DNA of 64,000 nt, taken from positions 4,915,434 to 4,979,433 of the forward strand of contig CM082593.2 in the NCBI GenBank assembly GCA_040954595.2, in the 5' to 3' direction. The notes under the pieces were generated by a model. The model was not told where the DNA came from. It did not search any database and saw nothing but the letters and a program-made list of their open reading frames with translations. A program made the position numbers and the translations under genes. This document shows positions 53,071 through 64,000 of this stretch, piece by piece. Within the stretch, counting starts at the first letter, position 1, and every line of letters begins with the position of its first letter. This stretch comes from Balanoglossus misakiensis (Eukaryota > Animalia > Hemichordata).

Positions 53071-54115
53071 TCGCTGTCTCGAGGTGATAAACGACAAAAA
53101 GTGCAGCAGACGACAGAAATTTACAAATGACGTAATTAGATTGCGCCCTCTACAAGCCAAACTGCTACAAACTTTCGATTATCTGACTGGCTGAGCGTTA
53201 TCATTGTCTGTTCAGAAGATCTGCAATGGAATCCCGAACGATGTTCTTGTTTTATTCCAAATGTACAAAATTATTTTCTTGAAAACGTTATACTTTAATC
53301 TCTGTGCTTGGATAGTCACTTTTCTGTCTAAATAATTGTAAATCTTCAAGTTTAGTCAGTGGTATGGGTATGCCAAACTCAAAACTGACACAAGTTAATA
53401 GGCAATTTTGGCAGTCTGTATTCGTAGTTGTATTTCAACCTAATTATTTATTATTTGTTAAATATCTTTTTAATAATTTTTCTACTATGTAATGTATGAT
53501 ATACATGTATGTTCTGTGACTTCGTATGCAGTACATTGGGGTATAGACATCGTCCCCAGTATTAAAAAAAGCGAAAGTATGAAATAAATAAATATTCATA
53601 TGACGGACTCGACTCCTTAGTATATATTGTTGCGTTTTTCACTGTTGCCGTGACACTATCAACAACTCGAAATCAACATGTCATCTTTTATTATTTAAAT
53701 ATTGTAGTACATTTCACATTTGCGTTTTCTTTGCTCCACTGAAAGAAGCGGGTTTCAGGAACTAAAATGTAGACACCTCACGTCATTCGCCGATGTATAA
53801 TCTTCCGCTACTATAATAAGTACAAATGCACACTATAGTAAAAGTCATATTCAGCCATAGTAGCGTGTGATTTTGTGTCATATGTGTATTTTTGACGTAG
53901 GAAAAATGACGATTGATTATATTCATTCAGATTACGATGTATACGTAACAGTTATAACTGCGCATTGATTTTATTTATTCCGCCCTTGTGATGAGGGTCC
54001 ACGCAACCCACGTGGTTTGTCTAGACTACTCATAATCGTCCATTTGCTTTGTAACGACGCCCGTCTCTCTCTGTCCAAAATTGCGTTCCGTGGCTTCATA
54101 CGACAATTCGGCACA

Positions 54116-54184
54116 ATGGCTCGCCCAAGAGTTTTCTTCGATATGACTGCTAATGGTAAACCTCTTGGCCGTATAATCATGGAG
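54116..54184 (+). CDS. Cyclophilin 1 exon 1
   Basis: MARPRVFFDMTANGKPLGRIIME, then GAG|gtaagg. Confidence 0.93.
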
Positions 54185-55346
54185 GTAAGGTTTGAGTTCA
54201 TTCCATCGCGGGGATATTTGAGCACCATTCTGCATTCACACGCGTTTTGTCCGAAATGAGCTCCCCGCACCGTGACAGCAAGCTTCCTCGTTCGGAAAGC
54301 AGGAAAAAGGTTCAGTGCACCCGAAAAAATATTTTCCGAGTGCTGAAACTGGTCAAATTGTCATGTACAGTCGTTTCAGCCCTAAATGTCGGTTTCGATT
54401 GAATGGGGATGTTGATGCACATTTCAAAATTCAATTTGAAATGTACATAACGGCATGGTATCGTGAAAGACACTAGAGATTGATACTAAGAACTTCATTG
54501 ATTTAGAGAACGCGTTGATAAAAATTGCAGCATCTTTGCCGATTTCGCCACATCAGTTTGCTGCTGATGTGAAATTAATGCAAGAGTTCGATCATAATAT
54601 GCACAATTAACCTTGATCGCGGTGGTTGTCGCACAAGCACTATTATTAGTGTCCCCATCCGTCCACTGAACTGTCAAGCCCACACAGCACAGCATAGCAG
54701 AGTTCGTGACCTCCTAACAAACCAACCTGACGTGTGAATTACTATTGAAGAGAGACATAAACATGTTTGGCTGCCGTAATTAATTTACATTTGTTAAAAA
54801 AGAGTGATCGGTAATGAAGAATGTGACGATCGTTTTGTTCAAATTCAATAACATTGATGTCAGTGCGTTCCCAGCAAAATGGAAATTTCCGAACGCGTGA
54901 CATTGTGTATTTTTTCAGCATCATGTCCGCCCTGAGATCGCGAAATTAATTACCATGTATGTTCAGTGAAAAATAGTGCGTGAAAACCGAAGAAACTGGG
55001 AATGTTAAATTTATGTTGGAAGCGTTTCAATTCTAGAAAATAAAGTTCAATTGCCGCGACCATGCAGCACAAAGAACGCATGTATACATAACATAATACA
55101 TTGCAGTGTGTGTATATTGCAGTGGAGCTGACCTTGATCACGCGGCGCCGACTGCATAATTATGATACCAGCTGAAGGACATATTGAGCTTTGACCTGCT
55201 TTGACCCCAAATTTCAGGGATATAGTTTTCATGGCAAGACTGTTTCCTCACTCAAGCTGTGTGTAACTCGTGTGTATGACTGAATAGCCAGGGATGCACC
55301 CCTTACCATAGAAGCGTTGAATAATGTTTTTTTTTTCCTGCTTCAG

Positions 55347-55377
55347 CTTCGTCCTGATGTTGTCCCAAAGACGGCTG
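55347..55377 (+). CDS. Cyclophilin 1 exon 2
   Basis: LRPDVVPKTA, 31 nt, ttcag acceptor, gtaagt donor. Confidence 0.94.
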
Positions 55378-55647
55378 GTAAGTTATTCTGTTGAATACTT
55401 GGAATCATACCCCCCCCCCCCCCCAACTATGTGCAAATGCAAGTTTGTGCTTCTATTGGAATATTCTAGAGTAAGGAGAACCAGCACACTGCCCAAATAA
55501 GTCTTGGATAAAATTTTCTCTGAATATTGGATCTTCATTCTGCATATCTAACATAACATTTAAAGTCCCGAGATTTTGAATGAATTGAAATATACGAAAC
55601 CACGGCGATGCTTGTGTGTAACCCATGTTCTTAATATTTGTCTGCAG

Positions 55648-55833
55648 AGAACTTCCGGGCTCTGTGTACAATGGAGAAGGGTTTCGGATACAAGGGCAGC
55701 TGTTTCCATCGTGTCATTCCCAAGTTCATGTGCCAGGGTGGTGACTTCACAAGGCACAACGGGACCGGCGGAAAGAGCATCTATGGGGAGAAGTTTGCAG
55801 ATGAAAACTTTCAACTTACTCACACTGGAGCAG
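55648..55833 (+). CDS. Cyclophilin 1 exon 3
   Basis: [47 protein letters not shown]... Confidence 0.95.
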
Positions 55834-56051
55834 GTACAGTTTGCTGATTAATTGTTCTCTAACACAGGGCTGGCAATTGGCTCATTGCTACTGTTTGTGT
55901 AGCCTGTTTTATCATTAGTGTCTTCTAGCCTATGAAGCCTGTGCTGTTCTCTATGAATTTGTATGGCAATGGTAAATTTGCTGACCAAGGCTAGTATTGG
56001 GTTAGCCCAGAGCTCCCCCAGCAGGAAACTTGGTTCATATCTGCTTGTTAA

Positions 56052-56249
<198 letters not shown>

Positions 56250-56561
56250 TAAGTGCAGTGGGTTTGTCGCACTATTTCTGGTGTGCCACCAGCTCGTGTC
56301 CAGCCCTAGGGTTCCTTTTGGTGCCACAGTTCTACATGCACTGTAATGAAACAGACAAAAGGGGCAGAGGCTGGAATCATTGATTCTCGATTACTTTATA
56401 GCTAGTGTTATCTTGAATTATCGGCTCTGTTGGCGTGACATTTGCACTGATCCTGTGGAAAAAGTTTTGTTGACCACTTTAGGGGGTGATGTACCTAAAG
56501 AATTCATTTGTCCTGGACCTTTCTTATTTAAATGTTGAATTTTTTGACATTTATTTTACAG

Positions 56562-56694
56562 GCTTGATGGCAAGCACGTTGTCTTCGGTTCAATTGTAGA
56601 GGGAATGGACGTCGTTAAGCAGGTCGAGGAGTTCGGTAGCAGTTCTGGTAAAACCTCGAAGAAAATTGAAGTTGCTGATTGCGGCCAGCTGTAA
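56562..56694 (+). CDS. Cyclophilin 1 exon 5
   Basis: [19 protein letters not shown]...ADCGQL then TAA. Confidence 0.95.
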
Positions 56695-57475
56695 GAAGCT
56701 GTACTCTGATGTCAGCGGTTGTGAAATCACATACAAAAATAGTTTAAAAAGCCGCTGTACAGTCCCACCATTTCCTAATGAAAGTAGTGTCCTTACATGT
56801 CACATGTAATGTGTAAAGTCTAAAACAGTATCAGACCTTTCTATTTGTACCCCTTTCCCCCAGCTTGCTAGCCGAGGTTCTGTATGTGTTGGTTATGCAA
56901 GAATGTTTCCGGGCTGCACCAGTTACAAAGGAGATCTTTATTTTAATGTGGCTACTATGTTGCCTTTAAGAAATTGGCCTAGAACTTCAGCCAGGCTCGG
57001 AAAAAAACCCATCCTGGTTGCATTGGAAGCTCGTAATTTTTTAGGGTTTTTCCACTTGAAATGCAGGTGTGGGAGCTTGCATGATAGGCAGACTATGCAA
57101 AGAGCAGTTTTGTGATTGGTTGTTTGTCACGTAGCCCCGCCTACACAGACGAGTCTGCCAATGAGACAATCAAATCATGAGGACCAAAATCTCCACCCTG
57201 TACAATTTCTGATTGTATAATAAGCCATGCTTAAGTTCTAGGCTTCAAGAATACTTCAATTAACTCGAGTACACATGTCTGGGTAGATACTTTGAATTAA
57301 TTTTCACCTACAATTTACAAGACAGAAGGGAATATTGGGTTCGTTCTAGTCTTTTTTTAGGTCATTTCTAAAAGAAAGAAAAGTTGCCTTTTCGGTCGTA
57401 CAACTGCCAGTTCTTGCAAGTAAATTGCTATGTACATGAAAAGAATTATGACTTGAATGTCCAATGTGTGGCATT

Positions 57476-57541
57476 AATAAAAGGTTACTGGAAACAGATT
57501 TGTTAGTGAAATAAACACTTTGAATAAAGTCTGCAAATAAA
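57476..57541 (+). terminator. Cluster of four AATAAA polyadenylation signals for cyclophilin 1
   Basis: AATAAA at 57476, 57510, 57523 and 57536, followed by a GT/T-rich tract. Confidence 0.6.
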
Positions 57542-59126
57542 GGCATCTCATTGTGTCTGGGGTTTTTTTGCTCCCCCTACTACATTTGGCTTCTGAAGGA
57601 AGTGAATGACCTCCCTCATCTCATATTGAAATTGATCCCTGAATTGAAGTTGTTTTCACTTTGGTCGCTGGTGGCGCTATCAATCGTTCTATCTCAGCCC
57701 CCCCCCCCGGCTTCGCATCATCAGCATGAGGAAGGGGTACATGGACAGCGGCGCCGAAGCCCAAATATTAAAAAAAGGGGAAAATGTTGACGACGATCAT
57801 GATTTGATACGATAATCGGAACAATGGTTTTTTTCCCAAGCTGGAGTGACGGATAATTCTTGCTCTAGAAATCCCGGGAGATCCACAAAAATTCTGTTCG
57901 CCGTTGTTAGGGAGATAATATAGGTGTGAAAATGTGACAACACGCACGGGTCTTTTGAGAATTTTTCTTGAAACATGTCTCTGTAGAATGAATGCTAATC
58001 CAGGGTAGTTATGTATGTGTATTTGCCTGCCTGTCCATCTGTCTACCTGCCTGTCTGTCTGTCTGTTTTCATCATGTATGTATGTATCCTACACCCCCCG
58101 AAAGACAGAGTGCCTCTCAGTTCGTAGCTAATAAACACCCCTTGGGTCACATAGAGGATTGGGGCGTGACCTCTAATCAACTTTTGACAATTATAAGTGT
58201 TTGTGGGCGTATTTCTGTGTCGTTCGTCTTCCAGGGCTGTGTTTATGTTCATCCGTTATAAAATGGAGGTGTGAAAAAGGACTTTCCTATAAAGATCTGT
58301 GATGTCAGATAAAGCAACAAACTTTTGCCCAATCGGGAAATTGGGTTTACAGGTATGGTCCCGTTTCTAGTCGCCGTCTCAATCGGAGGTTTTGGCTGTT
58401 CAGACTCTGGTGAATTTTGTCGCACGAAGTAAGATCGTATTCAGAGTTGTAGGCAAAGGTCCGTCCGATTGGCCTCGAGCTGCCCTGGTCAACATTATTA
58501 TTACAATCGTCCCAAATTATAACGGCTGTATTTCAGTGTCAAACTAACAACTGTCGGTCTTTTCGTTACCAGGTTTCGACCATGACTGGGACCACATAGT
58601 TACCGAAGTGCCCTTCTACCACTACACTGTTTTATAGCCAAACCCGCCATTGGGGTCAAACGACTCAAACTTCTAATACACGCGCAGTTTCACATCAGAT
58701 CCCTCAAATTCATACCAGGGGCGAAGCTGACAGAATGTGCCACCTGCCGCTCTCACTCTTTGGAATGTCTTCCCATATAGCACAAGGATCTGCGCATAAT
58801 TGCCAGGAAAATATTTCTGGTCTCTCAGCAAACTGACAATAGAAGCACACGATCAATGGCTCGTGTCGTTATGTAAGTGGGCTTCACGTCCCAACCCTAC
58901 ACGACAATAAAAGACCAACCCCAATTGATCATTAAGGTGAGGGTACAAAGAGCTCCCTACTAGATAAACACAACGGTAAACACACAATAGCTGACAAACA
59001 GTCCGCGTTGGAATCAGCCCAACGACCGTTAGATATATAGATTACGTCGTCATCAGACGAGACAAGCGAAACACAGTCAAATTGTCTGTATACTCGAGCT
59101 GTTGGTGAAACTTTTTAACGGCCAAG

Positions 59127-59195
59127 ATGACCAACCCGCGGTGTTATTTTGACATAGCTATCGGTGGAATGGAAGTCGGGCGTATCGTGTTCGAG
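59127..59195 (+). CDS. Cyclophilin 2 exon 1
   Basis: MTNPRCYFDIAIGGMEVGRIVFE, then GAG|gtgagt. Confidence 0.92.
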
Positions 59196-60642
59196 GTGAG
59201 TTGGCGATTAGGTGAAAGTAGGGGTGAGCGTTGCTGGCAGCCCTGAGGGTTATTTGAGCACTTGGCAAGATTCCGTTTTTGTATTCTCCTTTGATCGTAT
59301 GACTCTCACTGGTTCTCGCCTTTCCTTTGTCAGAAAGGTAGCGTTGCATGTGGCTTCTACTTTTGGCAAGTGTAGGGAAATGTGTGAAGCATTGGAGACA
59401 GAGAGAGAGAGCTAGAGAGAAAGTGTGAAATAGTACCACACGTTCCACAGCGGATAATGCTGCCCATGTCCACGATTCCTGCATCTGCATGTTGCTGGGG
59501 ATTATGTCAATAGAATCTTCCTCGCGTTGTTCAGAATTATGACAACCAGAGACTGAAATGTCCCGTCTGCCTTGCCTCCTACATGCTTTCCAATCAGAGG
59601 TGGTCGTATATTTTCATTCAACCTGCGGACCATGTGCTTGGGTGTCATTAATAATAAAGCTTGGGAACTCCGCAGCGACCTTAGAAACCAATAATCTTCG
59701 GACCAGTGTTCACCCGTTGACTGGACCCTCAGTCACGATCAACGCATGGAAATACATTAAGAATGTATATACTGCCGTAGTAGCTAAGAAAATGAAATCT
59801 GTAACCCTTGCTTTATATAAAGAATGAGAGAGCGAATTAAATTTCAGTTTATTTTTGACGGCCATGACTACACAAATTCCCAAATTAAACCACCCCAGTT
59901 GCAGTCGTGAAAATCGGCAGGCAAGGCGAACACACTGTACATGGAGTAATGTGTACCGAATGCACCGACCAAGTGTAAATTGAACCAAAGCCCTTCTGCC
60001 CGTGCCGTGGATGACCAGTGTCGCAACACTCTTTCCGCCCATATTCAACACCGCTCCGCCAAGCTCTCGTCGCTGACCCTTAGCGGATTAGCTGTGGCTA
60101 GCAACCGTGTTTACAAAAGTCAATTGATCTACGTCGATCCGCTTTTTATGAAAAGATGACTGGGGTTTATAGAGTCTATTGGTTATTGTCTCTGAATGTC
60201 AGAGCCCAATGGAATCGATAAACTTAAGAACGAAATTAAAAGAAGTCCAAACTTTTGGTGCTATACGAGGGTGTTAACATACCAAAGGGGAAATAACCGA
60301 AACACTCTCACATTGACTGTTATACTAGAGTGACCGTGACTAAACGCAAGAAGGCATATGCCGATCTGTCGAAAATCTCTTCTGTATTATAACTGTTCCG
60401 TGCTTTGAAGAGAAATATATGTGAGTTTTCTGAAAAAAGTCAAGAAAATCGTTCTGGTGGTATTGTATTCAACAGGTGGTTATTGGCCCTTGGAGAACAA
60501 AAGGTACCCGGATGTTCGATGCCTTCAATTATCTAGCATCATCGAGATACCCGAATGTTCATTACCATGGAAACATTCACGAACACTTTCTCGGGGTTTT
60601 AATATTTAAATGACAATCGCTTTAATTTGTTTTCATTCACAG

Positions 60643-60673
60643 TTACGAGCTGATGTGGTTCCAAAAACCGCTG
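60643..60673 (+). CDS. Cyclophilin 2 exon 2
   Basis: LRADVVPKTA, 31 nt. Confidence 0.93.
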
Positions 60674-60786
60674 GTAAGTACGAAGAAATGGAATATTTCA
60701 TCTTTAGTATTTCTTGCAAATTTGAATTTCAAAATTTAAACTGCATATTGAATTATGTAAAAATAGAAACATTTTCTACCTTACAG

Positions 60787-60975
60787 AAAATTTCCGTGCT
60801 TTGTGTACTGGAGAACAAGGTTTCGGTTATAAGGGGAGCGTATTTTACCGGATTGTCGAGGATTGTTTGTGCCAAGGAGGAGATTTCACAAATAATGACG
60901 GTACTGGAGGAAGAAGCATATACGAAGAAGGACTTTTTGAAGATGAAAATTTTAAATTAGAACATACCGGTCCCG
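60787..60975 (+). CDS. Cyclophilin 2 exon 3
   Basis: [34 protein letters not shown]...EHTGP. Confidence 0.94.
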
Positions 60976-61185
60976 GTAAGTATGGCTCAAGGGGAGGGGG
61001 AAGAGGGAGGGAGGGGGAGGGAGGGAGGGAGAGGTGGATAATATATGATAGAACTTACACATTGTCTATTATTAGTACCTAAACTTATACTCGTAAATAT
61101 AACAGTTTTGTTGTCTGAACCAGAATTACACATACATGTACATGTACATGTAACTAAAACGTTTGCTGTGATCTTGATCTTGCAG

Positions 61186-61261
61186 GAGTGTTGTCTATGG
61201 CAAACCATGGACCAAATACAAATGGCTCACAATTTTTCATTCTCACAAATTTTATGGATAG
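61186..61261 (+). CDS. Cyclophilin 2 exon 4
   Basis: [24 protein letters not shown](S). Confidence 0.93.
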
Positions 61262-61457
61262 GTAAGCAGGCAATCTTTTTCATCTACTGGTTAAAATGAA
61301 AAAATGTGTTCTTTGCGTTTTTCTGAAAAAAGGGAAACTTAAACAACTCATAAGTTGGCGGTAAATCACCTGGATTCGTTTTAGCTCTCATGTAGAACTT
61401 CAAATGAAAAAAAATGAGATCTTGCATTTCAACTAAACCCTGACATTTCTGTTTTAG

Positions 61458-61593
61458 CTTGAATGGAAAACACGTGGTCTTCGGTCACGTGGTAGAAGGA
61501 ATGGATATCGTTAAGGGAATGGAAGAAGTGGCCACAAATACTGGAAGACCACGTGTAGCCGTTGTCATTAAAAACTGTGGACAGCTGACATGA
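61458..61593 (+). CDS. Cyclophilin 2 exon 5
   Basis: LNGKHVVFGHVVEGMDIVK...KNCGQLT then TGA. Confidence 0.93.
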
Positions 61594-62850
61594 CCAAGTT
61601 CCAAGAAAACTATAAAACAATATTGAGGTTGACGCTCTTCTTAGACTGTGCTATAGAAGTGTGACTACGTACTAAAAGCGGCCACGCAACTCGTCATATT
61701 CCCGAAATGATGACATCACACTATGACGTCATGGATTCTGTTTACCTGTTTTGAATTCGTAAAATACAATGTATAAGAATGTTACTCACCAAGTCCTCAA
61801 GCTATTTTCATTCGTCTTCGTAAATTTATTCGTATATGTTTTTCAACCAAAGATTTTTCGCAAAGGCAATCAACGGAAATGATTGCAAACCTGTATCGAT
61901 GAAACACTCATCTCAAATCATAGCTACTTAGCCTAAATAGAACTTCTTGTGACATTGTGTTTGTCTAATTGTAGTTCATAGTTTACTAGTATGTATTTCT
62001 GTTTTTTGAAACACGCTGGTTTAAATGTTATCTGACAGAGAGGTGTTTGATGCCCAACTGTCAGTCTAGTCTCCTTACAGGTAGGCCTATAAAATACAAA
62101 AAAACAACAACTTTGACCTGTAATTTGTTGTCGTCTACAAGTGAACGTGTTTTCTGTATTTTCCTATCAATACAAAATGAAAGCTTACGTGTTATCGAAC
62201 ACCTGGCCATAGGCATTATCATACAACCCGACTTCACACTGAGCGATCATATCCTTATATTCTTTCCACCAATCAAACTAATTCATTGACTCACACAGAT
62301 GTTTCCATAACCAATCAACCAATCGCAACATGCCTTATCTCAGCTTATGTAGATTACATGTAATTTGAATCACGAGTCTCATTCTGAAGCTAGCCCCCAG
62401 ACCGACAACGTGGAGTTTTCGAAGACGGGTGATGTTGTGCGTTGTTCAAAAGCCAGCGTTGGTGACTCGGAAAATATCGTGTACTGGTCAATTTTGGAAG
62501 AAGAGAGTCGTGGTAAGTGGTACATCCTACAAATTCTAATCGACAAATTTAAATCCTGTGTCCGTAAGTAAAACAATATAATGTCAGTTTATTCTCACAC
62601 GGAACGAAAATATCCATAGCCTTCTCAAAAGATGGCGACCTTCCTCCCCCAACGCGCGGTGAACATAAATATTGAAGACATTTCTCACGTTGACTTTCGA
62701 AGCTTCCGAATACATGTCAAGAGAATTGAGTTCTGATTCTTATCTTGTTAAGTTCGGATATGGTATTTATGGGTTAATTTCAGTCGTTATTGTTCGGTGT
62801 AATTTGTCAGTAAAAAATGTGTCGCGAAGTTCGTGGCATCGTGGTCTGCT

Positions 62851-62947
62851 GTAGCGCCACCTGGTGTCTATTGTTAAACCTGCAGGCACGGGATAGGCCA
62901 CTCTCCGTTTACGAAAGACAAAACATAGTCATGCCACAGGGGGCGTT
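62851..62947. promoter_or_regulatory. CTCF-like motif pair
   Basis: AGCGCCACCTGGTG at 62853 (reverse CACCAGGTGGCGCT, close to the CTCF core) and a weaker GCCACAGGGGGCG at 62933 in the opposite orientation. Confidence 0.4.
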
Positions 62948-63046
62948 GTGCTTAGTTTGTCACTCGGACGTTTTAGAGAGGGGGGGGGGGGGAGATAGAC
63001 ACAGGAGATAGGCAGGCAGGCAGACAGAGAGACAGAGGATACACGC

Positions 63047-63251
63047 ACATACATACATACATACATACATACATACATACATACATACATACATACATAC
63101 ATACATACATACATACATACATACATACATACATACATACATACATACATACATACATACATACATACATACATACATACATACATACATACATACTCAA
63201 TACATACTCAATACATACATACATACATACTCAATACATACATACATACAT
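63047..63251. repeat. (CATA)n microsatellite flanked by (GACA/GATA)-type simple repeats
   Basis: Long perfect ACAT run with a degenerate tail. Confidence 0.97.
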
Positions 63252-64000
63252 CGCGTAAATAGACAGAGAGATAGACAGATGCATAGACGGTAAAATGGAT
63301 AGACAGACATAAACCACAGCAGCACGTATACATTACAAATACATTTAACCGGTATACGTGTCGAATAAACTATATTGTGCTATGTCATTCCACAAAAGCC
63401 CAGACAGACGGCCCGCCATCTATATGTGGTGGTTCTGCAATATGCCGTATTCATTGTCAGTGTTGGACACGTACGCATGGAAATCGCAGTAATAATGCCC
63501 ATCTCCAGGCGACTGCCGCACCGACCCCACGCCGTACATCGACCGCGACAAACCGCGAGATCGGTGTATATATTTTAAGGTTCAAGGACGTCTAAAAAAA
63601 GGGGGGGGGGGTACTCGAATGTCGGGTGCGGTGTTTACTTGTTGAAATATTAATGAACAACTTGATTTTACATACACAAGTAATGCAGGAGGACGGTAAT
63701 TGAAAGTTAATGGCGACTACAGCGATAAAGACGCACGACTTATGACGATCATTCAATCATGAAATCGCCCCAGTGACGATGACAAAGACCCTCCTTTCGC
63801 TGACAGATCTGCAAAGTTAGCACGACCGTCTGTCGCTGTAAATCCAGTCTTCCATTACTGTGATTTTGGCATGCCTTCAAAATGTCGTCCGCCTGGCTCT
63901 TTATTTCTGGTCGTCGTCCGAACGTTCGGAGTTTGGAAATGTAAAATACACGTGTTGTGTTGAAAATTCCGTATATGTATTAGGGATGAATCAATATGAT

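Larger units (their letters stand above)
59127..61593 (+). other. Cyclophilin gene 2 span (divergent tandem paralog, 166 aa)
   Basis: Five exons of 69/31/189/76/136 nt give 501 nt, with an intact frame and the same intron positions as gene 1. Confidence 0.93.

Noticed and set aside
52151-53545. Loose inverted similarity (ccccaa...tactgc) bracketing the 201-bp repeat
   Set aside because: Too gapped to call terminal inverted repeats, and no TSD was seen.
62365-62571. 68-aa ORF with a gtaagt donor as a third gene
   Set aside because: No recognisable domain, ATG start or partner exon.
62929-63224. MYVC-repeat ORFs
   Set aside because: These are translations of the (TATG)n microsatellite.

Overview
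AT-rich, intron-containing animal genomic DNA; the composition and abundant TACATGTA palindromes suggest a marine invertebrate, but the taxon is inference. It is not prokaryotic, and most short ORFs in the track are noise. A + strand DLG5 (discs large 5, MAGUK) gene was reconstructed by hand as 20 phase-consistent GT-AG exons from 21479 to the stop at 49522 (about 1990 codons: coiled coil, 4 PDZ, SH3, GUK). Its CARD-coding 5' exon is not visible and is presumably upstream of the window. Two tandem 5-exon cyclophilin genes follow: a canonical PPIF/CypA-like copy (54116-56694) and a divergent paralog with altered active-site residues (59127-61593). Main leads: (1) candidate phase-1 alternative first exons in the 5' introns of DLG5, two sharing a 29-nt upstream motif; (2) an in-frame mitochondrial-presequence-like extension on cyclophilin 1 with no AUG; (3) the Trp121-less paralog. 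MITEs, a 201-bp tandem repeat and a (CATA)n microsatellite are also present. No CRISPR array, rRNA or intact tRNA was seen.
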